Positions 28,729 through 41,802 of a stretch of DNA of 64,000 nucleotides are shown here, one piece after another. The DNA lies in NCBI GenBank assembly GCA_902615745.1, contig CACMQB010000005.1:25991-89990 (forward strand), written 5' to 3'. The notes beneath the pieces are model-generated. The model did not search any database. It saw only the letters and a program-made list of their open reading frames with translations, and was not told where the DNA came from. Positions within the stretch are counted from its first letter, which is position 1. The number at the start of each line of letters is the position of its first letter. The position numbers and the translations under genes were made by a program. This DNA comes from an uncultured Alphaproteobacteria bacterium (GTDB lineage Bacteria > Pseudomonadota > Alphaproteobacteria > HIMB59 > GCA-002718135).

Positions 28729-30076
28729 ATGTCTAAAATATTTGGTACCGATGGTATACGGTGCTTAGTTAATGAAGAACCTCTTTCGGCTGAAACTTGT
28801 CTCAAAATATCAAAAACAGTTGCATTCCTTCTGAAAAAGAAAAATTCTAAAAATAGTAGGGTTGTAATCTGTAAAGATACAAGATTATCTGGTTATTTAT
28901 ATGAGCCTCTTGTTACAGCTGGATTTATTTCTATGGGCATGGATGTAATTTTAGTTGGTCCACTTCCAACACCTGCTGTACCATTGATGATTAAAACTTT
29001 AAGAGCTGATATTGGTGTAATGATTACAGCTTCTCATAATACATATGAATATAACGGACTTAAATTTTTTGACAGTACTGGAACAAAATTAAGCTCATCA
29101 ATAGAGCAAAAGGTTGAAAATATAGTTTTAAATAATAATAAATATTCTAAAGTAACAAACAACACATTTGTATCTGGAAATGCAAAAAGACTAGAAGATG
29201 CTTCAGGCAGGTACTCAGAATTTTTAAAGAGTACTTTAAAAAAAACGTCATCTAAGAAAAAATTAAAAATTGTTTTAGATTGTGCGAATGGAGCTACATA
29301 CAGTATAGCCCCAAATTTATTTTGGGAATTAGGTCATAATGTAATAGTCATAAATAATAATCCCGATGGTTTAAATATTAATAAAAATTGTGGCGCAGTT
29401 GATGTTAAATCACTTTCAGAAAATGTCATAAAAGAAAAGGCAGATATTGGATTTGCATTTGATGGTGATGGAGATAGGTTAATAGTTGTAGATGAAGAAG
29501 GACAAGAAGTTGATGGTGATAAGATTATAGGATTACTATGTAAAAGTTATGTAAAACCTAAGAAAAAATCTAATCAACATGATGTTATTATTACAGTTAT
29601 GTCTAACATGGGATTAGAAAATTATCTTACAAATAAATTAAAATTGAATATTAAACGAACTGCTGTTGGAGATATAAACGTTATAAATCAAATGAAAAAA
29701 TCCAAATCTATGATTGGTGGTGAACAATCAGGACATATAATATTATCAGAGCATGCTAATACGGGTGATGGAATTTTAGCAGCTTTAAAAATTACTGAAA
29801 TTTTAATATCAAACAAAAATAAGGCAAGCAAACTTTTTGATTTGTATGATGACTTTGCTCAAGAAAAAATTAACTTACGCTATAAAACAAAGAATACCAA
29901 ACTGTTAAAAATTCTTGGTAAGTTAAAAAATGATAAACTATATAATAATAAAAAAATAAGATCTCTTGTTAGGTTATCTGGAACTGAACCTTTAGTAAGA
30001 ATACTAGTTGAAGGACAAGAAATTACCGAGGTTAAAAAGAAGTCTTTAGAAATAAAAAGATTAGTAAGGCCTTATC

Positions 30077-30084
<8 letters not shown>
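28729..30084 (+). CDS. glmM: Phosphoglucosamine mutase
   Basis: 451 aa. FGTDGIRC, phosphoserine loop TASHNTYEYNGLKFF, metal loop FDGDGDRL, and GGEQSGHI. Confidence 0.9.
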
Positions 30085-33312
<3,228 letters not shown>

Positions 33313-33342
33313 AATAAGCCTATATCACAAATAAAATATAAT

Positions 33343-34314
33343 TTAATATTTAAGCAATAATTCTATTAAATTCTTAAAATCTTCAGGAATTTCAATATCA
33401 AAATTCATCCTTTTGCTTGATGTAGGATGATCAAAACCTAGATGATAGGCATGTAATGCTTGTCTTTCAAAATTTTTTAAAATCATAAATTTATTAAATG
33501 TATTTTTATCTTTTCCAAATTGATTAATTTTACTTTTTCCATAGATCTTATCACCAATTATAGGAGAATTCTTAGAAGTTAGATGAAGTCTAATTTGATG
33601 TGTTCTTCCAGTATGTAAATGACAGTCAACTATACTAGCAATACCAAAAGTTTTTTCTAATTTAATATCGGTTTTAGAATATTTTCCAAAACCCTTATTA
33701 TTCAAACTCATTTTTTTTCTATTTTTTCTATTTCTTTCTATATACCCTTCAATTGATTGATTATTAGGCGTTCCCCAAACTATTGCTTTATATCGTCGAG
33801 ATATCGTATGTTCTTTGAATTGTTTGGCTAAATTAATATGAACATTATTATTTTTTGCAACAACAAGAATTCCACTAGTATCTTTATCTAAACGATGGAC
33901 TATTCCTGGTCTGGCATTATCATCTAAATTACTTAATTGATTATTAGTGTAATGTATAAGAGCATTAACAAGAGTGCCGCTTTCATTTCCAGGAGCTGGA
34001 TGCATAACTAAATTTGGAGGTTTATTTATAACGATTAAATCATCATCTTCAAAAATAATGTTTAAGTCAATATTTTCAGCTGAATGTTTTGTTTCTTGTT
34101 TCAAGATAATATTAATAAAGTAATTTTCATTTTCTTTAGTTATATAAGATGGATCTTTTATTTCCTTTTTATCAAGACTTACATTACCATTTAATATTAA
34201 AGTTTTTATTTGTGTTCTTGAATATCCTTCCAATTCTGAAACGAGCACTTTATCTAATCTTTGTGAACTTAATTGTTTATTTATAGTTAATTTAAGATTA
34301 TAGAATTCGTTCAT
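33343..34314 (-). CDS. rluD: RluA/RluD-family 23S rRNA pseudouridine synthase
   Basis: 323 aa. S4 domain (QRLDKVLVSEL..SRTQIKTLILNGNVSLD), catalytic HRLDKDTSG, and GRTHQIRLH. Confidence 0.85.
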   Translation of the reverse strand: MNEFYNLKLTINKQLSSQRLDKVLVSELEGYSRTQIKTLILNGNVSLDKKEIKDPSYITKENENYFINIILKQETKHSAENIDLNIIFEDDDLIVINKPPNLVMHPAPGNESGTLVNALIHYTNNQLSNLDDNARPGIVHRLDKDTSGILVVAKNNNVHINLAKQFKEHTISRRYKAIVWGTPNNQSIEGYIERNRKNRKKMSLNNKGFGKYSKTDIKLEKTFGIASIVDCHLHTGRTHQIRLHLTSKNSPIIGDKIYGKSKINQFGKDKNTFNKFMILKNFERQALHAYHLGFDHPTSSKRMNFDIEIPEDFKNLIELLLKY

Positions 34315-34606
34315 GTCTCAAAAAATTCTTAAATTTATTGTAATATTTTTAGGTATATTAATTGTTATTTGTTTTTTAGCTCTTGTCTATGGTTTGTATA
34401 TAAAAACAACAAAAAAACAAAGTAATTTAGAAACAAACTTAATTGATTATAATTTAAATTTAGAAAAAGGGCATAAAATTACAGATATAGATATGATTGA
34501 TAATAATAGGATTTTATTTACAATAAAAAATAATGATAAAGTTTATGCTTTAATATATGATATAGAAACATCAAATATTACAAAAATAGATACATCTAAT
34601 GAATAA
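34313..34606 (+). CDS. Hypothetical membrane-anchored protein (one N-terminal TM, small beta-rich domain)
   Basis: 97 aa. TM segment FIVIFLGILIVICFLALVYGL. The start codon shares the CATG with the divergent rluD start, and the 3' end overlaps xseB by 8 nt. No family was recognised with confidence. Confidence 0.5.
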   Translation: MSQKILKFIVIFLGILIVICFLALVYGLYIKTTKKQSNLETNLIDYNLNLEKGHKITDIDMIDNNRILFTIKNNDKVYALIYDIETSNITKIDTSNE

Positions 34607-34817
34607 AGATAATAATTTTGAAAATAATTTAAAAAAACTTGAATCTATTGTTGAGAAATTAGAAAATGGTGAAGTTGATTTAGAAGAATCTGTAAAACTT
34701 TACGAAGAGGGAATGAATTTAAAAAAAGCATGTGAGGAAAAGTTAAAAAGTATTGAAAGCCAAATTAAAAAAATTAAGCAAGAAAATAATAAATTCACAA
34801 AAGAAGATTTTAAGTAA
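34599..34817 (+). CDS. xseB: Exodeoxyribonuclease VII small subunit
   Basis: 72 aa. FENNLKKLESIVEKLENGEVDLEESVKLYEEGMNLKKACEEKL is the XseB signature. Confidence 0.8.
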   Translation: MNKDNNFENNLKKLESIVEKLENGEVDLEESVKLYEEGMNLKKACEEKLKSIESQIKKIKQENNKFTKEDFK

Positions 34818-34826
34818 TTTTCAAAT

Positions 34827-35576
34827 TTGAGTAAAAATCTAAAAATAAGACTTGATCAGCTTTTAATTGATAGAAACTTAGCTGATACTAAATCAAAAGC
34901 CCAATCAATGATTATGGCTGGCCAAGTTTATGTAAACGATAAAATTATTACCAAAAGTGGTAACAGTTTTAATGAAAACTCAAAAATAAAAATTAAACAA
35001 CTTCATCCTCAATGGGTATCAAGAGGTGCATTCAAATTACTGAAAGCGATTGATCATTTTAAGATTGATATTGAAAATAAAATTTGTCTAGATATCGGTT
35101 CATCAACTGGTGGATTCACAGAAGTTCTTTTAAAAAAAAACGCTAAAAAAATATACTCTATTGATGTCGGTACAAATCAACTTCACGAAAAATTAAAAAA
35201 AGAAAAAAAAATTATCAGTATAGAAAATTTTAATGCTAAATATTTAGATAATTCAATAATTCATGAAAAAATTAATTTGGTAGTCTGTGATGTTAGTTTC
35301 ATTAGTCTAACAAAGGTTGTAGAACCTAGCTTGAAGCTTTTATCAAGTAAAGCTGAGATTATTTCACTAATTAAGCCACAATTTGAAACTAATAAAATAA
35401 ATTTGAAAAAAGGTATTGTGAAAGATCCATTTATTCATGAACAAGTATGTAATGATATATCAAATTGGTTTAAAAAAACAATTAAGGCTGAAGTTGTAGG
35501 CTTAGTCGAAAGTCCAATAACTGGACCAAAAGGAAATAAAGAATTTTTGATTTACTGTATTTTAAAGAAATCTTAA
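34827..35576 (+). CDS. tlyA: TlyA-family rRNA (cytidine-2'-O)-methyltransferase
   Basis: 249 aa with a TTG start. S4 domain ([30 protein letters not shown]) plus FtsJ-like SAM motif [16 protein letters not shown] and DVSFISL. Confidence 0.8.
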   Translation: MSKNLKIRLDQLLIDRNLADTKSKAQSMIMAGQVYVNDKIITKSGNSFNENSKIKIKQLHPQWVSRGAFKLLKAIDHFKIDIENKICLDIGSSTGGFTEVLLKKNAKKIYSIDVGTNQLHEKLKKEKKIISIENFNAKYLDNSIIHEKINLVVCDVSFISLTKVVEPSLKLLSSKAEIISLIKPQFETNKINLKKGIVKDPFIHEQVCNDISNWFKKTIKAEVVGLVESPITGPKGNKEFLIYCILKKS

Positions 35577-36632
35577 ACAATGATCAGCTATAGTTGTGGC
35601 AACCATTGCTTCACCAACAGGAACAGCCCTTATACCAACACATGGATCATGACGACCTTTAGTAGATATTGTTGTTTCTTTTAATTTAGTATTAATTGTT
35701 TTTTTTGTTGATAATATTGAACTTGTCGGTTTTACTACAAATCTAGTAATTAATTCTTGGCCAGTTGTAATGCCCCCAAGAACTCCACCATTATTATTTG
35801 AAAGAAAAAAAGGTTTTTTATTTTTAATTCTCATTTCATCAACATTAGAAATTCCAGTTTCATAAACACTGCTAAAGCCATTTCCCATTTCTACACCCTT
35901 AACAGCATTAATAGACATCAATGCTTTAGCTATATCGGAGTCTATTTTTTCATAAATAGGCTCTCCTAATCCAGCGGGCAAACCTTTTACTCTAATTTCA
36001 ATTATAGCACCTAAAGAGGAACCAGATTTTCTTGCAGTTTGTATTTCGTTTTCCCATGTTTTAATAATTTTTTTATCAGGACTCCAAAAATTATTTTTTG
36101 AAATAAAATTATTATTCCAATTGTCATAATTAATTTTATGATTACCTATTTGAATTAATGCACCTGTTATCACAACTTGATTTTTAATTTTATTTTTTAT
36201 GATTTTTCTTGCTATTGCGCCTGCTGCTACTCTCATTGCAGTTTCTCTAGCACTAGATCTACCACCACCCCTATAATCCCTTATGCCATATTTTTTCCAA
36301 TATGTGTAATCTGCATGACCTGGTCTAAATTTACTTTTGATATCACCATAATCTTTTGATCTCTGATCTTGATTGTAAATAATTAGAGAAATAGGATGAC
36401 CTGTTGTTTTTCCTTTAAAAGTTCCAGATAGTATTTCAACTTTATCCTCTTCTTTTCTTTGAGTTGTAAATTTCGACTGACCAGGTTTTCTTTTATCTAA
36501 AAAGGGTTGAATATCTTTTTCAGTTAAATTTATGTTTGATGGAACTCCATCGACAACACAACCAATAGCTTTGCCATGGCTTTCTCCCCATGTAGTAAAA
36601 TTAAAGATTTTTCCTATTGAATTAGAAGTCAT
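35562..36632 (-). CDS. aroC: Chorismate synthase
   Basis: 356 aa. [34 protein letters not shown]. Confidence 0.95.
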   Translation of the reverse strand: MTSNSIGKIFNFTTWGESHGKAIGCVVDGVPSNINLTEKDIQPFLDKRKPGQSKFTTQRKEEDKVEILSGTFKGKTTGHPISLIIYNQDQRSKDYGDIKSKFRPGHADYTYWKKYGIRDYRGGGRSSARETAMRVAAGAIARKIIKNKIKNQVVITGALIQIGNHKINYDNWNNNFISKNNFWSPDKKIIKTWENEIQTARKSGSSLGAIIEIRVKGLPAGLGEPIYEKIDSDIAKALMSINAVKGVEMGNGFSSVYETGISNVDEMRIKNKKPFFLSNNNGGVLGGITTGQELITRFVVKPTSSILSTKKTINTKLKETTISTKGRHDPCVGIRAVPVGEAMVATTIADHCLRFL

Positions 36633-37456
36633 TTTTTAGAATTTGTAAATTCACCTAATAATTCTGATACACTTTCACTCTCATCAACTGCAACCATTCC
36701 TACAGTATGATAACCACAATCAACATGTTGTATCTCACCAGTAACGGCACTCCCAAGATCACTTAAGAGATACAAAGCAGAATTTCCAACATCTTGCTGA
36801 TTTACATTTCTTTTAAGTGGAGCATTAAGCTCGTTCCATTTTAGAATAAATCTAAAATCACCTATTCCTGATGCTGCCAAAGTTTTAATTGGGCCAGCAC
36901 TAATAGCATTAACTCTTATATTTTTTTCTCCTAAATCAACTGCTAAATATCTAACACTTGCCTCTAAAGCTGCTTTTGCAACTCCCATAACATTATAATG
37001 AGGCATAACTTGTTCTGATCCATAATATGTTAAAGTTAAAATTGATCCACCATTATTCATTAAAGGTTCTGCTAGCCTACATGCCTCTGTAAAAGAATAA
37101 CATGATATATGCATAGTTTGTTTAAAATTATCAGAAGATGTATTGTAATATTTACCTCTTAATTCATCTTTGTTGGAAAAACCAATTCCATGAACAAGAA
37201 AATCTAATTCACCCCATTTATTTTTAAGTGTTTCAAAAACATTATTCATACTTTGTGAGTCTGAAACATCACAAGGAATAATAGTGTTAGACCCTATTTC
37301 TTCCGCAAGTGGCTGAACTCTTTTCTTAAGAGCTTCTCCTTGATAAGTAAGTGCAATCTCTGCTCCCTGTTCTGCTAATTTTTTTGCAATACCCCAAGCA
37401 ATAGATCTGTCATTTGCCACTCCCATAATCAGACCTTTTTTATTTTGCATCAACAT
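36629..37456 (-). CDS. fabI: Enoyl-[acyl-carrier-protein] reductase (NADH), FabI
   Basis: The start is trimmed to the Met at 37456 ([27 protein letters not shown]), the canonical FabI N-terminus. Catalytic [17 protein letters not shown] is present. The 48 upstream codons of the listed ORF are low-complexity (IYIYIY) and run across the divergent pdxH start. Confidence 0.9.
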   Translation of the reverse strand: MLMQNKKGLIMGVANDRSIAWGIAKKLAEQGAEIALTYQGEALKKRVQPLAEEIGSNTIIPCDVSDSQSMNNVFETLKNKWGELDFLVHGIGFSNKDELRGKYYNTSSDNFKQTMHISCYSFTEACRLAEPLMNNGGSILTLTYYGSEQVMPHYNVMGVAKAALEASVRYLAVDLGEKNIRVNAISAGPIKTLAASGIGDFRFILKWNELNAPLKRNVNQQDVGNSALYLLSDLGSAVTGEIQHVDCGYHTVGMVAVDESESVSELLGEFTNSKK

Positions 37457-37524
37457 ATTGTAAATCAGTGTTTTTTTATAAATATAGATATATATACTTA
37501 TAAAATAATATTCATATCTATAAT

Positions 37525-38130
37525 ATGCAATCAAATCAAAAATTAATAAATTCTGATAAAAAACCAATTGAACTTTTTCAAGAATGGTTTGAAGAGGCAA
37601 AGGAAAGTGAAATCAATGATCCAAATGCTATGAACCTTGCTACTATATCTTCTGATGGCAAACCAAGCTCGCGAATTGTTTTACTTAAATCATATGATGA
37701 TAAAGGGTTTGTTTTTTACACAAATTCAAATAGTAAAAAAGGTAGAGCGATTAAAAACAACGATAGTGTAGCTTTAAATTTTCATTGGAAAACACTTCAA
37801 AGACAAATAAGAATAGAAGGTAATGTTTCACAAATTTCAAACGCTGAAGCTGATGAATATTATAATTCAAGGCCACTAGGAAGTAGAATAGGAGCTTGGG
37901 CTTCATTACAGTCAGAAGAACTAGATGATAGATCGACATTAACTAAAAGAGTAGAAGAGTTTGAAAAAAAATTTTCAGATAATGATGTACCAAGACCTTC
38001 ACATTGGAATGGTTACTTAGTAGCGCCTGTATTAATTGAATTTTGGCAAGATATGCCATTCAGATTGCATGACAGACTTGAATTCCGTATGGAAAATGAT
38101 GGTTGGGTTACAAGAAAATTATATCCTTAA
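37525..38130 (+). CDS. pdxH: Pyridoxamine 5'-phosphate oxidase
   Basis: 201 aa. MNLATISSDGKPSSRIVLLK, RQIRIEG, and C-terminal IEFWQDMPFRLHDRLEF. Confidence 0.9.
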   Translation: MQSNQKLINSDKKPIELFQEWFEEAKESEINDPNAMNLATISSDGKPSSRIVLLKSYDDKGFVFYTNSNSKKGRAIKNNDSVALNFHWKTLQRQIRIEGNVSQISNAEADEYYNSRPLGSRIGAWASLQSEELDDRSTLTKRVEEFEKKFSDNDVPRPSHWNGYLVAPVLIEFWQDMPFRLHDRLEFRMENDGWVTRKLYP

Positions 38131-38561
38131 TTATCTTCTTTCCATTTTTGTAAAATCCAAGAACTAGAATTTGATTTATTGTCACCACCTATACCCCAAA
38201 GTAACTGTATATTATTTTTTTCACAGAATATTGATTCTGGTGTTGTATTATTATTTCTATCACCTCCATTTGCAAATTTAATAATTGATTTTGGATATTT
38301 ATTTTTTACTTTTTTAAGACCATCGATGCACGTCTTATCTCCATCATCAAATTCTATAACATCAATAACATTTTTTAACTCATTCATAATTATAGTTCTT
38401 TCAATAAAAGGAAGAAATTCCTTACCCTTCTTTTTTTGAAGCCATAAATCAGAATTTAGCAAAACTACAACTTCACCATGTTTAGCAGCTTCTTTAATTA
38501 ATTTTATATGACCACTATGAATTGGGTCAAAACCTCCACTGACAACAACTATTTCACGCAT
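38127..38561 (-). CDS. Cytidylyltransferase-family nucleotidyltransferase (substrate unknown)
   Basis: 144 aa. The N-terminal VVSGGFDPIHSGHIKLIKEA is the (H/T)xGH nucleotidyltransferase motif, as in RfaE domain II / TagD-like enzymes. Confidence 0.7.
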   Translation of the reverse strand: MREIVVVSGGFDPIHSGHIKLIKEAAKHGEVVVLLNSDLWLQKKKGKEFLPFIERTIIMNELKNVIDVIEFDDGDKTCIDGLKKVKNKYPKSIIKFANGGDRNNNTTPESIFCEKNNIQLLWGIGGDNKSNSSSWILQKWKEDN

Positions 38562-39189
38562 ACTTGCTTCTCCATTTTTCTGGATCTTCTAAAAATTCTT
38601 TTAAGTTTGAAACCTTATCTTCAGAATATATTTTTTCACTTTCAATATAATGTATTATATCTTTCCAAGTACACAGTGAGTGCATATTTACATTTAATTT
38701 AAATAATTCTGATTCTTTGAAATTAAAAATATCATAATAAAATATTACAAATACATCTTTAACTTTTAATCCTGCTTCACGCATTGCGTTAATAAAAATT
38801 ATTTTACTACCTCCATCAGTAGCTAGATCTTCAACTAAAAGAGCTTTTTGATTATTTTCAAATTCACCTTCAATTTGTTTGTTTTTTCCAAAACCTTTTG
38901 TTTTTTTTCTAATATAAATCATTTGTTTATCTAATTTTTGAGAAATAAACGCAGCATAGGGAATTCCAGCGGTTTCTCCACCAGCAATAATTTCTGACTG
39001 AATATTATTTTTAGTTAAATAATCTACAGCTTTATCAATTATAAAATTTCTTTCTTTTGTAAAAGAAATAATTTTTCTACAATCAACATAAACAGGACTA
39101 ACTAAGCCTGATGTAAGAGTAAAATATTTATCAAATGAAAAATTAATAGACTTTATATCTACTAAAATTTTAGCTATCTCTTTTGACAT
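38554..39189 (-). CDS. pyrE: Orotate phosphoribosyltransferase
   Basis: 211 aa. FTLTSGLVSPVYVDCR and PRPP-binding loop ALLVEDLATDGGS. Confidence 0.85.
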   Translation of the reverse strand: MSKEIAKILVDIKSINFSFDKYFTLTSGLVSPVYVDCRKIISFTKERNFIIDKAVDYLTKNNIQSEIIAGGETAGIPYAAFISQKLDKQMIYIRKKTKGFGKNKQIEGEFENNQKALLVEDLATDGGSKIIFINAMREAGLKVKDVFVIFYYDIFNFKESELFKLNVNMHSLCTWKDIIHYIESEKIYSEDKVSNLKEFLEDPEKWRSKYA

Positions 39190-39193
39190 TTTT

Positions 39194-39667
39194 TTAAGTT
39201 ATTTGTGCAATATGTTCAAATGATAAATTTCCAGGCACAATCATTATCGGTATTCTAAGGTTTGTTATTTCATTACTCACCAAAGAAGTTATTATTGGAC
39301 CGGGATTTTTACTATTTGGATCAGTATTGGCAGCTAAAACAAGAACATTAATATTTTTTTCCTCATCTAATAATTGTTTTAATTCAGTTATAGTATCCCC
39401 CTCTCTTAAAGAGAGAGCAGGATAGTCGCCTGTTCTTTCTTGGACAAAGGAGGCAGCTTTTTTAAGAATTGTCTCTGCTTCTTCTCTAGCTTCCTCTTTC
39501 ATAATGTCTGTAACACCTTTGGTTGTTAGAACATCCAAAGGCTCTATAAATGTTGCAATTATAATTTTTCTTCCCGTTTTTTTTGATCTTGCGCAAGCAT
39601 ATTCAAGAGCTGTATTCATTTCTTCTGAATTATCTGCAACAACTAGAATATATCTATCATCACTCAT
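39194..39667 (-). CDS. Universal stress protein (UspA) family protein
   Basis: 157 aa. The alpha/beta pattern ILVVADNSEE...A..YA and a C-terminal VLVLAA......GPIITSLV......IPIMIVPG are typical of Usp domains. Confidence 0.7.
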   Translation of the reverse strand: MSDDRYILVVADNSEEMNTALEYACARSKKTGRKIIIATFIEPLDVLTTKGVTDIMKEEAREEAETILKKAASFVQERTGDYPALSLREGDTITELKQLLDEEKNINVLVLAANTDPNSKNPGPIITSLVSNEITNLRIPIMIVPGNLSFEHIAQIT

Positions 39668-40428
39668 TTACTTCTCCTAAATAAAGTAGCAGCAATAAAA
39701 CCTGAAACTATTGAAAAGATAATTACAAAAACTCCGTATGTGGCTGCACTTTCATTAGCAAAGTCAAATATTTGACTTCCTATACCTGTTTTTTTTATAA
39801 CTATATTTTTTTGATCAGTACTCATAATTGTATTATTTCTTATATAGTAAATATCAACATTATAAATCCCTGGTATTGTATTTGTTGGAAAAAAAACGCT
39901 AGTTTGAAATAATTTATCTTTGATCTTTTTCATTTCAAAACTTTTATAAAATGATTGTTCTTTTTTTATTCTAACAAAATTTTCATTCCAATTTTCTTGG
40001 TCATTTTTGAAAATAAAATTTTGATTAAAAGTCTTATTATTTAAAATTTTTTCAAAACTTAGATCCTCATTAATTAATATTGATTCAGGCAAGATTTCGT
40101 TAATTTCTTTTGATGAGGATAAAAAGAATAAAGATGGAATATTACTATAGGTAACGTATTGATTATTTATCCATATTCCAAAATACCTCTCTTTTTTTTG
40201 TATTCTCATTTTTGACGGTGGCCCTTTTATTGTCAAGAGTGTCTCATGATCATTTTTTAGTAATCCAAAAATAATAATTTCTTTCCCATTAAAATCTGTT
40301 TTTAATTCAATACTGTCCTCAGATAAGTCAAAGTAAATTTCTTCAGCATGAAGAAAGTTATAAAAAAAAATTATAGTCAATAAAATTGTTAGATTAAAAG
40401 CAAACTTTATATATAAATTTTTAATCAT
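39664..40428 (-). CDS. TIGR02186 / Alph_Pro_TM-like protein (signal peptide, extracytoplasmic domain, C-terminal TM); function unknown
   Basis: 254 aa. N-terminal signal/TM, IIIFGLL....LLTIKGPPSKMRIQKKERYFGIWINN, and a C-terminal TM (YGVFVIIFSIVSGFIAATLF). The pattern and the neighbourhood next to a TauE/SafE permease match the alphaproteobacterial family as I recall it. Confidence 0.6.
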   Translation of the reverse strand: MIKNLYIKFAFNLTILLTIIFFYNFLHAEEIYFDLSEDSIELKTDFNGKEIIIFGLLKNDHETLLTIKGPPSKMRIQKKERYFGIWINNQYVTYSNIPSLFFLSSSKEINEILPESILINEDLSFEKILNNKTFNQNFIFKNDQENWNENFVRIKKEQSFYKSFEMKKIKDKLFQTSVFFPTNTIPGIYNVDIYYIRNNTIMSTDQKNIVIKKTGIGSQIFDFANESAATYGVFVIIFSIVSGFIAATLFRRSK

Positions 40429-40828
40429 CTATTTTTGCCACTTTTAAAATATAAAATTCTAAATAAAATCCTATTAATGCAAAAATTGATACTAATAAAA
40501 AAGATGCTTTCTCAATCAATATATCAACCACTAATATATCTTTTTGGATAAGCATATAAATTGGAATTACAGAGGATAAAATAATAATACTTAGTTTTGC
40601 AAATGAATCATTAAATAATATGTCTGTAAATATTTTATTAAGATCTTTTTTAATAAATACTCTGAAATTTGACCAAATATATATTTTGTTAAATAAATTT
40701 ATTACAATTATTAGAATTAAAAAATATTCAATATTCTTTAGATTAAAATCAATAGTTGTAAAAATAAAATATATGAAAAGACAAACTACGATCAATAAAT
40801 TAATTGTAAAATTAAATATTGAAATCAT
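40421..40828 (-). CDS. Hypothetical small integral membrane protein (about 4 TM)
   Basis: 135 aa and very hydrophobic. It overlaps the upstream TauE gene by 4 nt and the downstream TIGR02186-like gene by 8 nt. No recognisable family. Confidence 0.45.
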   Translation of the reverse strand: MISIFNFTINLLIVVCLFIYFIFTTIDFNLKNIEYFLILIIVINLFNKIYIWSNFRVFIKKDLNKIFTDILFNDSFAKLSIIILSSVIPIYMLIQKDILVVDILIEKASFLLVSIFALIGFYLEFYILKVAKIDD

Positions 40829-41739
40829 ATCATTACCAATGAAAATAAATCATTTGGTCTTAAAACTAAATCTGTAAAAATTTTACCACAGACACCAAGT
40901 ACTAATATAGCCAAAATACCTCTTAAATATTCTGCTTTTAATTTTGACCCAAAAATTACACCAATTTGTGCACCAATTACTCCTCCAAATATCATTAGTG
41001 CAGACAGCACAATATCTACATTATAATTTATGTAGGATTGAAAGAATGTTGCATTAGCGGTAACAAAAATGATCTGAAATAAAGATGTCCCAACTACTAT
41101 ACTTGTTGGCATTCCAAGTATGTATACCATTGCAGGTATCATTATAAATCCTCCTCCAACTCCCATCATTGCGGACATTACTCCAACTGCGAACCCAATC
41201 AGTACAGGTGGTATCGCACTTATATAAAGCTTTGATCTATGAAAGCGAACTTTGAATGGAAGTCCGTGAAACCAAGAATGTTGATGCAGTTTTGTTCTTT
41301 TAGTGTTTCTTGCTCTATACTGTTTTATCGTTGTTCTTGCGCTTTCAAAAGCCATACTAAAACCAATAAAACCTAAAAAGAAAAGAAATAATAACTGAAT
41401 AACTAAATCTATTTGCCCAAAGTTTTTTAGATAACTGAAAATATTTACACCGATTGTGGAACCAATTAAACCTCCTATTAGAAGAAATATACCCATCTTT
41501 ATATCAACATTTCTTTTTCTCCAGTGTGCAATAAAACCTGAAACTGAAGTTGCTAAAACGTGTGGAGCTTCAGAACCAACAGCTACAACCGGAGGTATGC
41601 CTAAAAAAATTAATAGTGGTGTCATTAAAAATCCACCACCAACTCCAAAAATTCCTGAAAGTATTCCTATACTCATACCAATAAAGATAATGAGAAAAAT
41701 ATTGACGTTCATTTCAGCTATTGGAAGGTAAATTGACAT
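40825..41739 (-). CDS. TauE/SafE (TSUP) family anion exporter/permease
   Basis: 304 aa, polytopic, with the duplicated GxGGG motif characteristic of TSUP proteins (GIFGVGGGFLMTPLL and MMGVGGGFIMIPAMV). Confidence 0.8.
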   Translation of the reverse strand: MSIYLPIAEMNVNIFLIIFIGMSIGILSGIFGVGGGFLMTPLLIFLGIPPVVAVGSEAPHVLATSVSGFIAHWRKRNVDIKMGIFLLIGGLIGSTIGVNIFSYLKNFGQIDLVIQLLFLFFLGFIGFSMAFESARTTIKQYRARNTKRTKLHQHSWFHGLPFKVRFHRSKLYISAIPPVLIGFAVGVMSAMMGVGGGFIMIPAMVYILGMPTSIVVGTSLFQIIFVTANATFFQSYINYNVDIVLSALMIFGGVIGAQIGVIFGSKLKAEYLRGILAILVLGVCGKIFTDLVLRPNDLFSLVMI

Positions 41740-41802
41740 GTTTTTTTATAAATTTTATATAATTATTACTTAATAAGTACAAATTATATTTATTTTAGAA
41801 AA

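Noticed and set aside
37457-37600. 48-codon N-terminal extension of the fabI ORF listed in the track (start at 37600).
   Set aside because: The extension is low-complexity (IYIYIY), crosses the divergent pdxH start, and precedes a canonical FabI N-terminus at the Met at 37456. It is treated as non-coding promoter region.
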